64,000 nt of DNA, taken from assembly GCA_965113315.1 (NCBI GenBank), contig OZ220366.1; one strand, written 5' to 3'. The first letter of the stretch is position 1. Each line of letters begins with the position of its first letter. The notes under the pieces were generated by a model, which saw only the letters and a program-made list of their open reading frames with translations, was not told where the DNA came from and did not search any database. The stretch is from Podarcis vaucheri. Lineage: Eukaryota. Below, piece by piece: positions 1-13,433 of the stretch. The position numbers were made by a program, and so were the translations under genes.

Positions 1-979
1 TTAATTCATTACAGAAGACGTGTGCTTCATCTATCAGAAATTTGGGAGACACTGCTGAAAGCTTTGAATGATGTCATTTTCATGTATGTTGAAATAAAAG
101 CCAAGCTATCACAATTATTTCAGTGAATTAATCATGTCTGTATAGCTTTCAGGAATAATGTTTATGTACAATACAGAATAATGTGTCCCAAACGTTTGGT
201 AAGGGGCGCCATATGTTGAAGAGTGAAACCCTGTTGTCATGTTCAGCAATCATGTCACTGTTATTTTTGAAAGGTGCATTCGCAGTGCAGAGTCAAGTTA
301 TTTGCTTTTTCATTTCATTCCAAGTAGAGGCTACCAAATCCCCCACCCCCCACAAAAAACCCAGACTTTTAGCTATCATTGATTCATAACGCATGTCTTT
401 AATCAAGATAAATTTGGCCCTGATTTAAAGAGTGTGCTAACCACTAATGTATGTGCAAATTCAGATAGCAGAGGAAGGTTGTTCCTGGCCCTTTGCTGAG
501 GAGAATACAGCCAATCAATCACTGAAGTTTATTCAGGGATGGTGTATTTTTGCTCAGAGACTATTTTGATCAAAGCTGTATTCTCTCAACTGTCATTCCA
601 GTAAAGCTGAGCAAACAGTACCTCCCAGCTGAAATTATACAAAAATATCTGCTCATTGTACATTTGTTATCAACGTGTAGAGAAAACGAAGCACTCCTTT
701 TGCCAAATCCTCTTTCTAACCTACAGTTTGATGGCAAATAACTTAGGAGGGTAATAAAACAAATCGAAGCCAAATACATTCAGTTCAAAACAACTAGAAA
801 TGAGAGGTGAATAAGCTAGCTGATCTTCCAGGGCTACATACATGTAGGCTTCATGTGGCTACATGAAATGGTTGCACACCACCCCTATCTCCAAGCGGTG
901 TAAGATTGCAGAGGTTCCAGGTGCTTACCCAGGGTTCAGTTTCCTTGAAATGCAGGACAGTGGAGATATATACAACCTT

Positions 980-1331
980 AAAGGTAAAGGTAAAGGTACC
1001 CCTGCCCGAACGGGCCAGTCTTGACAGACTCTGGGGTTTGTGCGCCCATCTCACATCTATTGGCCGGGGGCTGTCCGAAGACACTTCCGGGTCACGTGGC
1101 CAGCGTGACAAAGCTGCATCTGGCGAGCCAGAGCCGCACACGGAACGCCGTTTACCTTCCCGCTGGTAAGCGGTACCTATTTATCTACTTGCCCCCGGGG
1201 GTGCTTTCGAACTGCTAGGTGGGCAGGCGCTGGGACCGAGCAGCGGGAGCGCACCCCGCCGCGGGGATTCGAACCGCCGACCTTTCGATCGGCAAGCCCT
1301 AGGCGTTGAGGCTTTAGCCCACAGCGCCACC
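980..1331 (-). mobile_element. Sauria SINE, young copy
   Basis: tRNA-like A/B boxes and (ACCTTT)n tail on the minus strand; CpGs intact. Confidence 0.9.
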
Positions 1332-4300
1332 TACAATAAAGGGGCTCAAAGCATCAAGACCCCATGAGGTATTGTTTCTCTCATAGTCATAGCCTTGGAT
1401 TCCAGAACAGATCACTCTGTCTGGCTTCTGCATCTTCTAGCTCAGCTTCCTCTCACACAACTTTCCCTGTTGTCCTTCTCACTACCAGCCAGGTGAGGAA
1501 GTGGGGCCCATCCATTTGTCCTCTACCATAGAGCAACTTCCTTCCTTCCTTTATACTAATGACCCATACTTAGGGACCATTATTGCCTGGCTATTTCAAC
1601 AATGGCATCCTCCATTTTAAAGCTCCCTGGAATTAGATGGGAGACTCGGGCCCCGCAAACTCACAACAGTATGTAGGCACCACATGAAGGATGGGAAAAG
1701 ACAGTAACAAATTCCACCTGTCCCCAATTGTATGATTTATTGCCCCCGCCCCACCCTTCACCCTATGGTCCTAGGGTTACAACATTAAGACACAACATTA
1801 AAAACAGTTTAAAACAAATTGTGATCATAAAAATAAGATGAGTCCTAAAAAATATACATCTCAAGTTTCAAAAGCCAGGAAGAAGTGTGCCTTCAGCATT
1901 CTCCAGAAGCTGTATAACAGAGGTGGAGTTCCACAGCTTAGGGGCCAACACAAAGAATGCCCTCTCCTGGGCTGGGAAACTACAGTTCCCAAGATTCTTG
2001 CTTTACATGTATGATGTGCAGGCAGCCTCTGGCAGCCTCAGCCCATCTCTCAGTCAGTAATATACTGATGACATACAGACAGCCTGCTATACAGGGCTGT
2101 TGTAGCAAGGGCTCTTGCAAGGTATACAAAAATAATGTACTTGAAGCAATTTTCAAACTCTCTATAAATGCTTTGTATTATTATCACACCTCAGTACAAA
2201 AGATTGCTTCTGTTTGGAAATGATTGACCCAAGAGGCCTTTAGCTTTTCCATAGAATGGATGTAACTAATTGCCTTGCTTTCATGTTTCTTTTTCCTACG
2301 TAGATGCTACCTTGAGCTAGGGATGAAATGTGGCTCTCTTGGTTTCCTTAGGCACTCTAAGCTTCTCTAACAGCCTGCAAAGTGGCGATTGTGTGGGCGA
2401 ATTCTCCTCTCGCTAATTATAGCTGAGCACGGAGGACCACAGTTTCCCTCCATGGATCATTAGCAGATAGATATGCCTAGTTTGTGTGGCACCAATCCTT
2501 TAAGCCTTCATAAATATTCAGCTCATGGTCTGGAAGGGAAACTGTCCTTGGCTGGCTAGCATGCTCAATGACTCATAGGGAGGTGTGAAACGCTTCCCAA
2601 ATCCCAGCCCCATTTGGAAGGATGTGCAAACAGCTTTAGACACACAAGGGACATCTGTGGTTTTAAAGGATAATTGTCCCCCTCCTCCCAAATTCTTCTA
2701 CTTTGCACTCTCACTCCCTCTTTCTCTCTCTCTCTCTCTTCATTCTCTAGTGGGTTTTAAAATAGCTCTCGATGAAAGCAGAAAAGCATCTCCTTAGCCT
2801 GTCAGTCTAGAAAGTAGATCCTCAGGGACATTTGCAACACAGTGGAAATTACTGTACTTTGGGATTGTCACTGCAAAAGATTAACGGTAAGAAGTCCAAC
2901 ATGTATGTTCTGTGCATTTTAAAACAAACTTATGCTCCATGTGCAATTATAAATCACCTGCAGTAACTCAGTGGAACATAGCACAAAATGGTGGCCACTG
3001 AGTCAACTCTCTAACCAAGATGCGAGGCTGATGAAAGACGCTCACACAGTGGACCCCTGCAACAAAAACCTGCCGGGTTCATGATGACAACCTTGAAATG
3101 CTTGATAAGAAATGTTGGCTTCAACTTGCTCTGACCAAGTGTCTCTCCTCTCCTTCCTTTTAGCTTTGATCAGTGTATGCATTAAAGGCTGGCAGTTTTA
3201 AAAATGGAAGCCCTCAAGAGCTCTCTTCTCCACCGCCACCTTCCACAGCCCTCCAGTTTATCTAGGTATTCTCCAGGGAATCAAACATGACAGGCTGCAG
3301 AGACCTCTAGCCTGCCTGGTTTCCTTCTCGCTGCAATCTTTTTATCAAATAGCCAAGGGATTATGAGTAAATAAAACTGAGCACATCATAAAACCAAAGA
3401 CCTTACACCGATGATGAATAATTGGCTATATGCTGCTTCCAGGATCACAGGCGTAATTCAGTTTGACTGACCTGGGATTACTGGCTTTGAGTGCTCTTTT
3501 TCTGCACTCCTACTTCCAGTGGACTCTCCCCACTCCCTCTTCTTTTGGGATTTATCTACCTGATGCTAAGAACCCCCAATTTCTTTAGCTGCATTTCAGA
3601 CAGAGACTAAAGATCCCCACACCTCAAGTGTCTGAAAAAAAGTTTGTAGGTTTCTACTGTGTGTGCGTGTGTCACGTTAAAGTCAGAATGATAACTTTAA
3701 CTTGCTTTTAAGGGCAATAGCTTAAATTTGTTGTCGTAAGCACACACACCAACAATTACAATTCTATATAGGATGTATATTTGAGAGTAACCCCATCAAA
3801 TCCAGTGGGGTTTATTTCTAAATAGATTTGAACAAGATTGAGAGTTTAAATCTGAGGTAGCTATGGTGAAAACTGAAACACATCCGATTTGTTTATCCAT
3901 CATCAGCTCCACCCACCACCAGCATGACTCCCCCAGAAGATAAGGAAATTCAGCTCTTGATATGGGAAATAGAGGTTATTGGTGGGGATTTATTTTCCTA
4001 GCAACTTCTTGGTTACAATAGACCAACTATTCTCAGATGTAATCCTAAAGAAGCACAATTGTTTTGGCATATGTTGTTCAAACACGGATTAGGCATTTGC
4101 TGAGCTTGCACTGATGTGCTCTGTTATGCACAAATAGCTCAGAGAGTGATAAATCTGCACCCCAGACACAATACCAAGTCTACATAACTAACATCCACAT
4201 ATTTTTTTATCATGGTGGACATTAGCAGCTGTCAAGAAACTATGAAATTCCAAAATTTCCAATGACAAACTTCAGAAGCCAACAAGAAGCCTACTTATGG

Positions 4301-4351
4301 GCAGTCCACATAGTGCTAACTTGAGAAATAGTGTGAGGCTAATGTATGCAT

Positions 4352-4710
4352 TGGACGCGGGTGGCGCTGTGGGTAAAAGCCTCAGCGCCTAGGGCTTGCC
4401 GATCGAAAGGTCGGTGGTTCGAATCCCCGCGGCGGGGTGCGCTCCCGCTGCTCGGTCCCAGCGCCTGCCAACCTAGCAGTTCGAAAGCACCCCCGGGTGC
4501 AAGTAGATAAATAGGGACCGCTTACCAGCGGGAAGGTAAACGGCGTTCCGTGTGCTGCGCTGGCTCGCCAGATGCAGCTTTGTCACGCTGGCCACGTGAC
4601 CCGGAAGTGTCTGCGGACAGCGCTGGCCCCCGGCCTCTTGAGTGAGATGGGCGCACAAACCCCAGAGTCTGTCAAGACTGGCCCGTTCGGGCAGGGGTAC
4701 CTTTACCTTT
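4352..4710 (+). mobile_element. Sauria SINE, full length with 12-bp TSD
   Basis: TGGCGCTGTGG A box, GGTTCGAATCC B box, ACCTTTACCTTT tail; TSD taatgtatgcat at 4340-4351 and 4710-4721. Confidence 0.92.
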
Positions 4711-7125
4711 AATGTATGCATGGGTCGTATATTGCATGTGATATGGCACATACACTTATCATCTGTCCATGTGTATGCACCATATGCATGTTCCATCTCT
4801 CTTATGTGCCAAATCTGTACATTGCATTCTCCTTGTGGATATGGCCTGGGACTTGCTCCTGAATCCCACTGAGTATTAAAGACTACAGTCAGAATGGTAT
4901 TGTGAACCATCCCTTCGTTCCTCATCAATGTGTTTTGGATCAATTTAGAACAGAAGTAACTTGAGCTGCAACACAGCATAAACTCTGGTGGCAAAAGCAC
5001 TGAAACAGATTGGTCCACTGATTCGTAATGGTTGCTACTGCCCCAACTCTGTTCCGGGTCAGCCCAAAGCCAACATGATTCTTTGTTAGATCTCAGCTGA
5101 CACATTACTGCCGGCCAACATGAATTACAAACTGGTCCACATTCCTTTCTTTCAATCATTTATTATCATGAATTACATTGTCTTTAAAAAGGATAAGAAT
5201 AAAATGCTCTCTGGGAAGATCTGATGAGGCCACTATTTGGTTTGTGTGTGTTTTAAATTAAATACAGGCATAGACAGGCAACAAAGGTTCACAAGTCCTC
5301 TTTAGTTTGAGTACTTTCCCCCACCTGCACAGCTTTGGCTTCAAAATCTTGGGAAAATCACTTCCACTCTAAGGTTTCAAGTTATTCTAGGCTCTAGTTG
5401 GCCCACAATTCATGCAATCTTTCTTTGTGGTGCTTTGTTATTCTGTTTGCAGACTCAATCCAATATTGTTGAGTGAAAACATCAAAGTCCCAAAACATCA
5501 GCCTTGCATATTATATGAAATTATTCGTATTCCTGTGATTGAATGCATCTGAATGAAATGTAAGCGGTATGTATCTATGATGTTTGGCCCTTCAAAGTGT
5601 GTTGCTTCAGAATAAAGACAGAACTAAGAACTAAATATATCCCTTAAATCAGCCATAGCATAGCATAGCTTGTGCCAACAACATGCTGCAATACTGCGCT
5701 TCCTTACTCAGAATTAAGCCACACTGTGCTCTGTATAGAGATTACTCCTAGGTAAGTAGGCTTTGGAGTGCAGCTTAAAGCTAAAAATCCCCAAATAAGC
5801 AGAAATAACTCCTGCCCAGTTGTGGGCAGCTGTGTCATATGCAAAATTCAGAAGATTGCATGGCACGGCAAGTGTACATTTGAGACATTTGACGTGGCTT
5901 GCCAAAGAATGAATCCTGCGTGGAAACATGGCTGCACATGACCAGCAGCTGCTTCACTGGAAGGCAGCCAGCCAACACCAGCAGTATGTAGCCACACGGA
6001 TCTAAAAATTGTTCTGAAAAGGGTAGAAGCCTTGGCAAGCTTGGTCCTGCCCAGATCATTAAAATCATGAACATAAGGGATTTCTTTTTTTAATATAGAT
6101 AGAGCTTTGGTATATGAAGTATGGAACAGATTTCTCTTGTCACTCATTCTATTACATAAATTTGGAGATATTAAAGAGTCATGGAAAGGGGGGGGGAGAA
6201 AGGTAATCTTGATATTAGAAGTCGATATGTTACTAGACTTCACAGGCAAGTTTTCCAAAATACTTTCTGGGGATTAATCTGGTTTACAGACTCCGTCTTC
6301 TTCTGCATTTGCTTTGATCTGAGACTACAGTAGCAAATGCATTTTCTGTCTGTGCACGATACACTGCATTCTTCTGCCCACCTGCCCATTCTCTTTGAAC
6401 TCCATCTCACGTTTCACATACTTTTTAGATTTGAGATAACTACAGAACATGTTCCGCTTAGAGGTTGCACGCAAGTCAAGGTTCCTGAAGATGCATTTCC
6501 ACGCTCTTCATATTCGAGTGGAAGAAATGAAAGACAGAATCTCATCTAAAGTAAATGCACAGTAGATGGCAACGCAACATTAATTTCCTTTCACTCAAGT
6601 CCTGCAGCTCTCTGGAATACAACCATGGTGGCCTGAGATACAACCATGTCATCCATCTTCTAACCTGTTTGGCAGCCTTCACCAAGCTGGTGCCCTCCAA
6701 ATGTTGTTGGGCTGCAATCCCCATGAGCCCCATCCAACACACTTTGGTTGGCAAAGAATGCTGCATGGTATCTTTGTGTAGCTACACCCCCTAAGTCCCA
6801 CTTGACTCTGTGTTTGAAAAGTGTTCCCATAGCCTTAAGGCAAATGTGAAGTGATGGCAACGTTTTGAATGAAGAGGTGTTTTGTGTCCTAAGAGCTGAC
6901 AGGGCGTGCCTGCACTATACCTGAATCTGGGGTAGGGGGGAAATGTCAGTTTCATTATAGTCAGGGTCTCTGACTAGACAGTGTGTTATCAGAGATCAGA
7001 AAAACCTATTGAACCACTGCAATAACTTATCCTGGCTTTAAACAAGTCAAAATGTTAGAAAATACTACATTCCACAGTACACTGTGTTCAATACTTCAAA
7101 GGGAGCTTCTCCTTCATCCACATTT

Positions 7126-7192
<67 letters not shown>
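7126..7192. repeat. (GAAA)n(GA)n microsatellite
   Basis: Direct reading. Confidence 0.95.
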
Positions 7193-7195
<3 letters not shown>

Positions 7196-7809
7196 GGGAG
7201 ATGGGGGAAGCAGGTCAAAGGTTGAGTGTTTGTAAACTAATAATCCCCAGATGACACAGGAAAAGGCTCTATATAAATCAGCATATTTTTTCCTTCTCCC
7301 TTTCTCTTCTTGGATGTACATTGAAAAGTGATTTGAAAAAATAACTGGCTTCTAATGTAAATGTCAGCGGTCAGACTGTGCTGATTATGAGAGACTGGGG
7401 GCAGGGGGAGGTCTGCTCCACGCAAGGATCGCTTTCCTGAAAACAGATAATGCATTTTGCCTCCAGATATTACAATGGAAAACAAATTATCATGGACAAG
7501 CTTCAAGTTTCCTTTTACAGTGCAGCATATCCACTCGCACACAGTGATGCAGCAATGGTTCAGGCAACTAATATCCCTACAGGACCTTCTGCTTCCATTC
7601 TCATCACTCTCCCTTTCAAGGAAAATAATACACACTGAGAGATCCTTCTGTTTTACAATAGGGTGAGGGCTAACGGATTAGGCAGCTGTGGAAAAATCCC
7701 GTTATTTGATCAGCTGCGACTACTTCGCTACCCCCTTCTCAAAAAACATTGGATGTTATCTACCAATCAGATATCAGCTGCTACTTTACAAACTTCTTGC
7801 AAAAGATGT

Positions 7810-8053
7810 TAGAGCCAGTGTGGTGTAGTGGTTAAGAGCGGTAGTCTTGTAATCTGGGGAACCAGGTTCGCTTCCCTGCTCCTCCACATGCAGCTGCTGG
7901 GTGACCTTGGGCCAGTCACACTTCTTTGAAGTCTCTCAGCCCCACTCACCTCACAGAGTGTTTGTTGTGGGGGAGGAAGGGAAAGGAGAAGGTTAGCCGC
8001 TTTGAGACTCCTTAAAGGCGGGATATCAAATCCAAACTCTTCTTCTTCTTTTT
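7810..8053 (+). mobile_element. tRNA-derived CORE/MIR-like SINE (Squam2-like) with L2-type tail and (CTT)n end
   Basis: gccagtgtggtgtagtggttaagagc head; gggtgaccttgggccagtcac core. Confidence 0.75.
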
Positions 8054-8977
8054 CTATAGCAGGTGGCCACATGGGCATAAATGAGAGTTCCTCATTGGCC
8101 ACCGCGGAAAGAGGTTGAGATGCTCAATAGGTCGTGGGACAGCATTTTTTATTATTATTATTTTTGCTGATTGTACTACAGTGAGATGGTTAAGATCAAC
8201 TATGGAATGACCCATCCTGAAGGTCTGCTGCTAGAGCATGTCAATAGGAGGTCTGTGCAAGCGTGATGCAGAGATCTCCTTAAACTTGACAGCCTTTCGG
8301 TAGATGCCCTACCTAGTTACGCTTTTACACCTGGAAGTGCATTGCATTAAAATTAATAATAATAGTAATAGTAATAATATTATGAGAAGCCGCCATAGAT
8401 GCCTGTCATTTCCTGCAAAATCTTTCCAATTCTTTCATATCCAAGACATAATATCATTTGTGTTAACCAGCTTTCTCCTTTCAGGTACAGTTCAAGTTAT
8501 TGCCTTCTCAGTCCATCCCAGACATCTGATGAAGTCAGATTATTTCCAAAAAGCTTGTGCCACAATAAACCTGATAAATCCAGACAGAAGAATCTTGTGC
8601 CCAAGATTCATCCTCTGCATGGCGGGACAGTACAATACAGCTTTTCACACTGCCCACCAGGTCTGCCTCAATACTGCTGGACATCCACACATGATATCTT
8701 CTCCCAGCCAGCTCTGAGAAATGTGATTGGTATTCCACACACATTGGACGTTACAGGCAAATGCCCTGTTCAAACATTATGCCGACATGTAGATGCGCAG
8801 CGGTCTCTGTGTGCCACCCAGTAGGTGGGCAGATCCTGCTTTCCTACCACATGTAGTGAGGCAAAATTCAGTCAGGGCCACAAAACTCTAATTTTCTGAT
8901 GCTGCAGATAAGCATAACTGCTCTTCTGGAATCTAAGCAGTCTGAATATGATCTGCTCTAGTCCTTAAAACATAATA

Positions 8978-9216
8978 CAGTGGTACCTCGGGTTAAAGAC
9001 GCTTCGGGTTACAGACGCTTCAGGTTACAGACTCCGCTAACCCAGAAATAGTACCTTGGATTAAGAACTTTGCTTCAGGATAAGAACAGAAATCCTGTGG
9101 CGGTGCAGCGGTAGTGGGAGGCCCCATTGACTAAAGTGGTGCTTCAGGTTAAGAACAGTTTCAGGTTAAGAACGGACCTCCGGAACAAATTAAGCTCTTA
9201 ACCCGAGGTACCACTG
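8978..9216. mobile_element. Tc1/mariner (Tigger-like) MITE
   Basis: TIR CAGTGGTACCTCGGGTTAA / TTAACCCGAGGTACCACTG, TA TSDs; extra 16-bp subterminal repeat unit relative to sister copies. Confidence 0.9.
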
Positions 9217-10867
9217 TAATTGTTGGCAGGAAATTATGTCACATTTAGACTTTGGGGTTAAATAAATTAGAGGTTGCTAATCTAGCGACACCAACAGGAC
9301 ATGCTTTCTTTTACAGACAAGTTGAACCTGATTGGGTTCAGTGGATCTAGCTTTCTTTGTCCACTTAAGCACACACAGTTTAATGTATAGTTTCTCAGAA
9401 AGTAGGAATGAGGCATACCATGTATCTGGGTTTAATTATTGATCCCACTTAGTGATGTAAATGAATTACATGTTTTTTTCAGAATTTTTAGAATTCATAC
9501 CGGAATGCTTAAATTCAGTGGCAAATGCTTCGGAAACATTCTGCCAGAACTGCGCAATGTTTTGCCAATTCTTGTACTCCAGATCATGCTTCTGAACTTG
9601 CTTTCCATAGAGAATTCAGGCATTAAGAATTTCAGGCTGATAAACCGTGGGCTTTTGCCCTGCCCTGCCTCTCCTCATGTGCATGATTTCACTGCTTCTA
9701 TCCTGGCTTGTTGAAACCACCATTTCCTCTGAGCTTGATCCACGCCAAGATTCAATCTCTGCTTATGAGGGATATGGAAGATCAGCTGGAAAAGAAAAAT
9801 TAAATCAGGGTTTCCCAGTTTGGATGCCACAAGAAACTGTGGTTGAGCAAGCCAAGATAGTGAGGCACGTGCGAAGGAGTGGAGGAGCAAGGAGGGAGTC
9901 CATAGTCACAGGGTTCATTCTAGTTCTAATCATTCTAGTTCTTGCAAGATTGTTGCAAGTGAATCAGGTCACTTTGTGTTAAGTATCACTGCCTGAGAAA
10001 AGCCTAAACAAAACTCAAATAGCACTGACTAACAAAGAATAAAACCCTATTTAAAATGTTCCTGTTTTCTTCAGGCAACATTAGTGCCATATGGTTCTCA
10101 GAAGATTCCACTTCAAGTAAACAACTTTGCTCTCCTTCTCAAAAAGAACACAAGCCAGCCCACGAGTGCCTGTTTATCTCCTGAGTTGTCCTATTCAATA
10201 GCTTTTCTTTTTCTAGTCTCTCTGTTCATAATCTGGAATGTATCTCCTTTTAATGGGGCCACCAGGTAGGAAGCGTACACTAAACACTACGTGTCTCCTT
10301 TCAGCCTATTTGATGTCAAGCCTACTGAGTTCAATGATGTACACAAATGACTCCGTATCAAGAGATAAGACCTCCCCCTCAGAGACTGTGGGCAGCTCAG
10401 AGCTTAATTGCCTTGCCCAGTGAGGAGCTTTCGTTCCTTTCCTCCTCCGTCACGTATGTTCTGTGGCTAATTGCAAGCTTTTAGGATGGGGGCAATCATT
10501 TCTAAGCCTCATCTTGAGCTCGTTACGAAGGCCCTTATGTCCTGCCTTTTCGCATAAATACAGAGTGTTTACGTGCCATTCATCTACAGAAGAGGACTTG
10601 TATCAAGGGAGATGGTAGCCCTTGAAGATATTTATTTTAATACACTGGCCTTTCACTTTTAGAAGGTTAGAGATTTCTCTCATGAGGCAGAAAGCCCCCA
10701 CAGTGAAATTCAAACACTCTTGGAAATCTGGTTCATTTGTATTCATTAAATTGCATATATTTAATGCCCCCCCTCACACACCCATAATTTAACTTCATTT
10801 TTTAAAATAATTTTTCTGTTACAAAAATACACATTGCCAGCCTCTAATCTGATGCACTTCAAAAGTT

Positions 10868-11080
10868 GGCACAATGTAGTGATGGACTTGGACTGATGAC
10901 ACACTTGGTTCTAGCTGGGCCATCATGAAGCTAACTGAGAAACCTTGGGACAGTCAGTCACACACTCTCAGCCTAAACTACATTGCAAGGCTGTTGTGAG
11001 GATTAAAATGAGGTAGCCTAAATCCTTGCCAGCCTAAACTCCTCAGAGGAGGAGTGATATAAGTTTGTGGAATAAATATA
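10868..11080 (+). mobile_element. Old MIR/CORE-like SINE
   Basis: accttggga...ctctcagcctaaactac...gttgtgaggattaaaatg. Confidence 0.55.
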
Positions 11081-12695
11081 ACCATCTGTTTCCAAATTAT
11101 TTTGCTGGCGTTGGAAGGCGATTACATTTTGGTGCCCTTTCTGAACATCTCAGTGGACATGCATATTTTTTTACATAGAAAACTATTGAATTCAGTGCAA
11201 TTCTGATAAGCTACCATGGGATCACCTTCAACTGAAGTGCATGGGGGAAAACAAGTGCCAGGGTAAAGCTCAGGCTTGCTGGTAATTTTGAAGGAAAGGA
11301 CCTTAGAAATGTTTTCCAATTCAGTTTGCAGGACATCCCAGGCGTGGCTGAGGAGAACTCCTGTCTGAATCCCTGGCCAGTTGCTGCCAGTCAGTGGAAA
11401 CAATACTGCACTAGATGGGCAGGTAACCAGACTCATTTATAGGTCAGCTTTCTGTATTCCAGTTAATTATTATTCATTGTTTATTTATTATTTATTGCTG
11501 TATTGTTTTTTAATTGTATATAAACACATATAGCATTTTCCCCTACTCAGTACAGTAAACTGTCTAGTATAGAATCTGAAACGTACCATTTTACTTTCAA
11601 TGAAGTCTTAAAATCTGCTTTTATTAATGTTCTTCCATAGTTATGGGTGCATAAAAGCAGTTAATGTGTTACATATGGGAACTTAAGGCATTAACTCCTC
11701 TCGTCCATATTGAGATAATCTAATATTTATTTGCAGGGGAAATTACATAAAATGTAACAGGGCAGTAGTACTAATTTTCCTTGTGTGGCATTTAAAAACA
11801 ACAACATCTCAGAAATGATGCATTTCAGCCATTAAAGCCAATAAATTTCTTTAATGCCATTAGCTTATATAAATGTAATAAAAACTGTCATAAAGCAAAC
11901 GGATGCAGTACACCTCAGGGAATGATATTTTAATTGTCATAAAACTGTCATCCAGATGAAGTGGCTAGCATAATACTTATCTCCACAGGTTCTAATGCTG
12001 TTCTAGTGAATTGTGGTAGAAACCGGGACACTTCCTCTTCACTGATGGTTCCGAACAAGTAAGCAATCCATTTTGGAAGTGTCATGCTATGGGGCGGGGA
12101 AGGCGGTTGCTAAATGCGGTTAAGTGCAGCTTTAGAGGTCACACAAAAGCCTAACTTCTATCACTCTTAATTGAATTTCCCCTAAATGCTGCATTCTGGA
12201 CACAGCCCCCCAGGCTGCGCAAGACGTCCTGAAAGAAAAAGGTTTTAATTTGCTTTCAAATATGGCGACCTGGCCAAGTGAGCTCGTGTACCAAGTGAAG
12301 TCACATCTTTCATTACATGCAAACTGCAGCAAGTCATCAAATTTCTGAAATATGTTGATACCTAATGCTTCTCAACATTCTCAGAGCACCTCAGTATCTT
12401 TTGGGCTTTGTGTCCCCAGCTTCAAGGGACAATGCGAAAGTATTCCAGACTTTTTTAAGAAAAGTGTTAACTTGTCTTATACGTAACTAAACTTGTCATA
12501 CTTTGATTCAGTTTAATTAAGACCCAAACAACAGATTAGCTACAGGTTATGCCTAACTTGCAGCTATTTCTTTGGGTTTTCTGTGTTCAGTCTTGGGTGG
12601 GGGGTGGTGGTCCTGATTCTTATTGGGACAGCAGCATGCACACAGCTATGAGGCTTAGAAAACAAATTCCCATTGACACCAGTGTGTTTATATCA

Positions 12696-13433
12696 CATTG
12701 CCTAGGGAACAACTTGCACCTTAATATCAGCATGACAAAGGAGATGGTGTTGGACTTTCGGAGGAAGAGATGAGAACTAGCCCTGCTGTACATCAGGGTG
12801 GGCTGTGTGGAGACAGTCTCTTTAAATTCCTAGGAGTTTATCTCAGTGAAGACCTTACTTGGAAAATCAATACAACCCAGGTGGTTAAGAAAGCCCAACA
12901 GAGACTCCATCTCCTCAGAGTATTGCGAAAGAGCAATGTCAATCAACATTTTATAATCTCCTTCTACCGGTCCACAATAGAAAGTGTCCTTTCATACTGC
13001 ATCACGGTGTGGTACGCTAGTTTGACATCAACTGATAGGAAGTGCCTACAGAGGGTGGTAAATACAGCACAAGATATTATGGGCTGTCCCGTGAATCCTC
13101 TAGATGACATCACGGAAGAACGTTGCCTCAGGAGAGTGAGGAAAATTCTCAGGGATGATTCACACTCTGGCCAGCACTTTCTTGATCTCCTGCCCTCGGG
13201 CAGAAGATATAGAAGCATGATTAGTTGCACCAACAGGGTAAAGAACAGCTTCTATCCATGGGCTGTTAGGCTGCTGAATGAAAAGATAACAACAGGGCAA
13301 CTGACTTTTGGGTTTGGTGGGTGTGCGTCAGTAAACGAGGGGAATTAAGACTAAGAGAGCTGAGTGGAGGGTGCTTGTGTAATCTCACTGTATACAAGTT
13401 GTACAAGTGACAATAAAGTATTTCAATTTCAAT
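12696..13433 (+). mobile_element. 5'-truncated Rex1/Babar-clade LINE (RT C-terminus and 3' end), frameshifted
   Basis: CLGNNLHLNISMTKEMVLDFR; FKFLGV..SEDLTW; KKAQQRL; LLPSGRRYRS; KNSFYPWAVRLLN; gacaataaag plus short repeat tail. Confidence 0.85.

Noticed and set aside
4473-5159. 228-aa minus-strand ORF and similar ORFs at 851-1218, 15659-15992 and 41938-42156
   Set aside because: They run through Sauria SINE sequence; the same pseudo-peptides recur in each copy.
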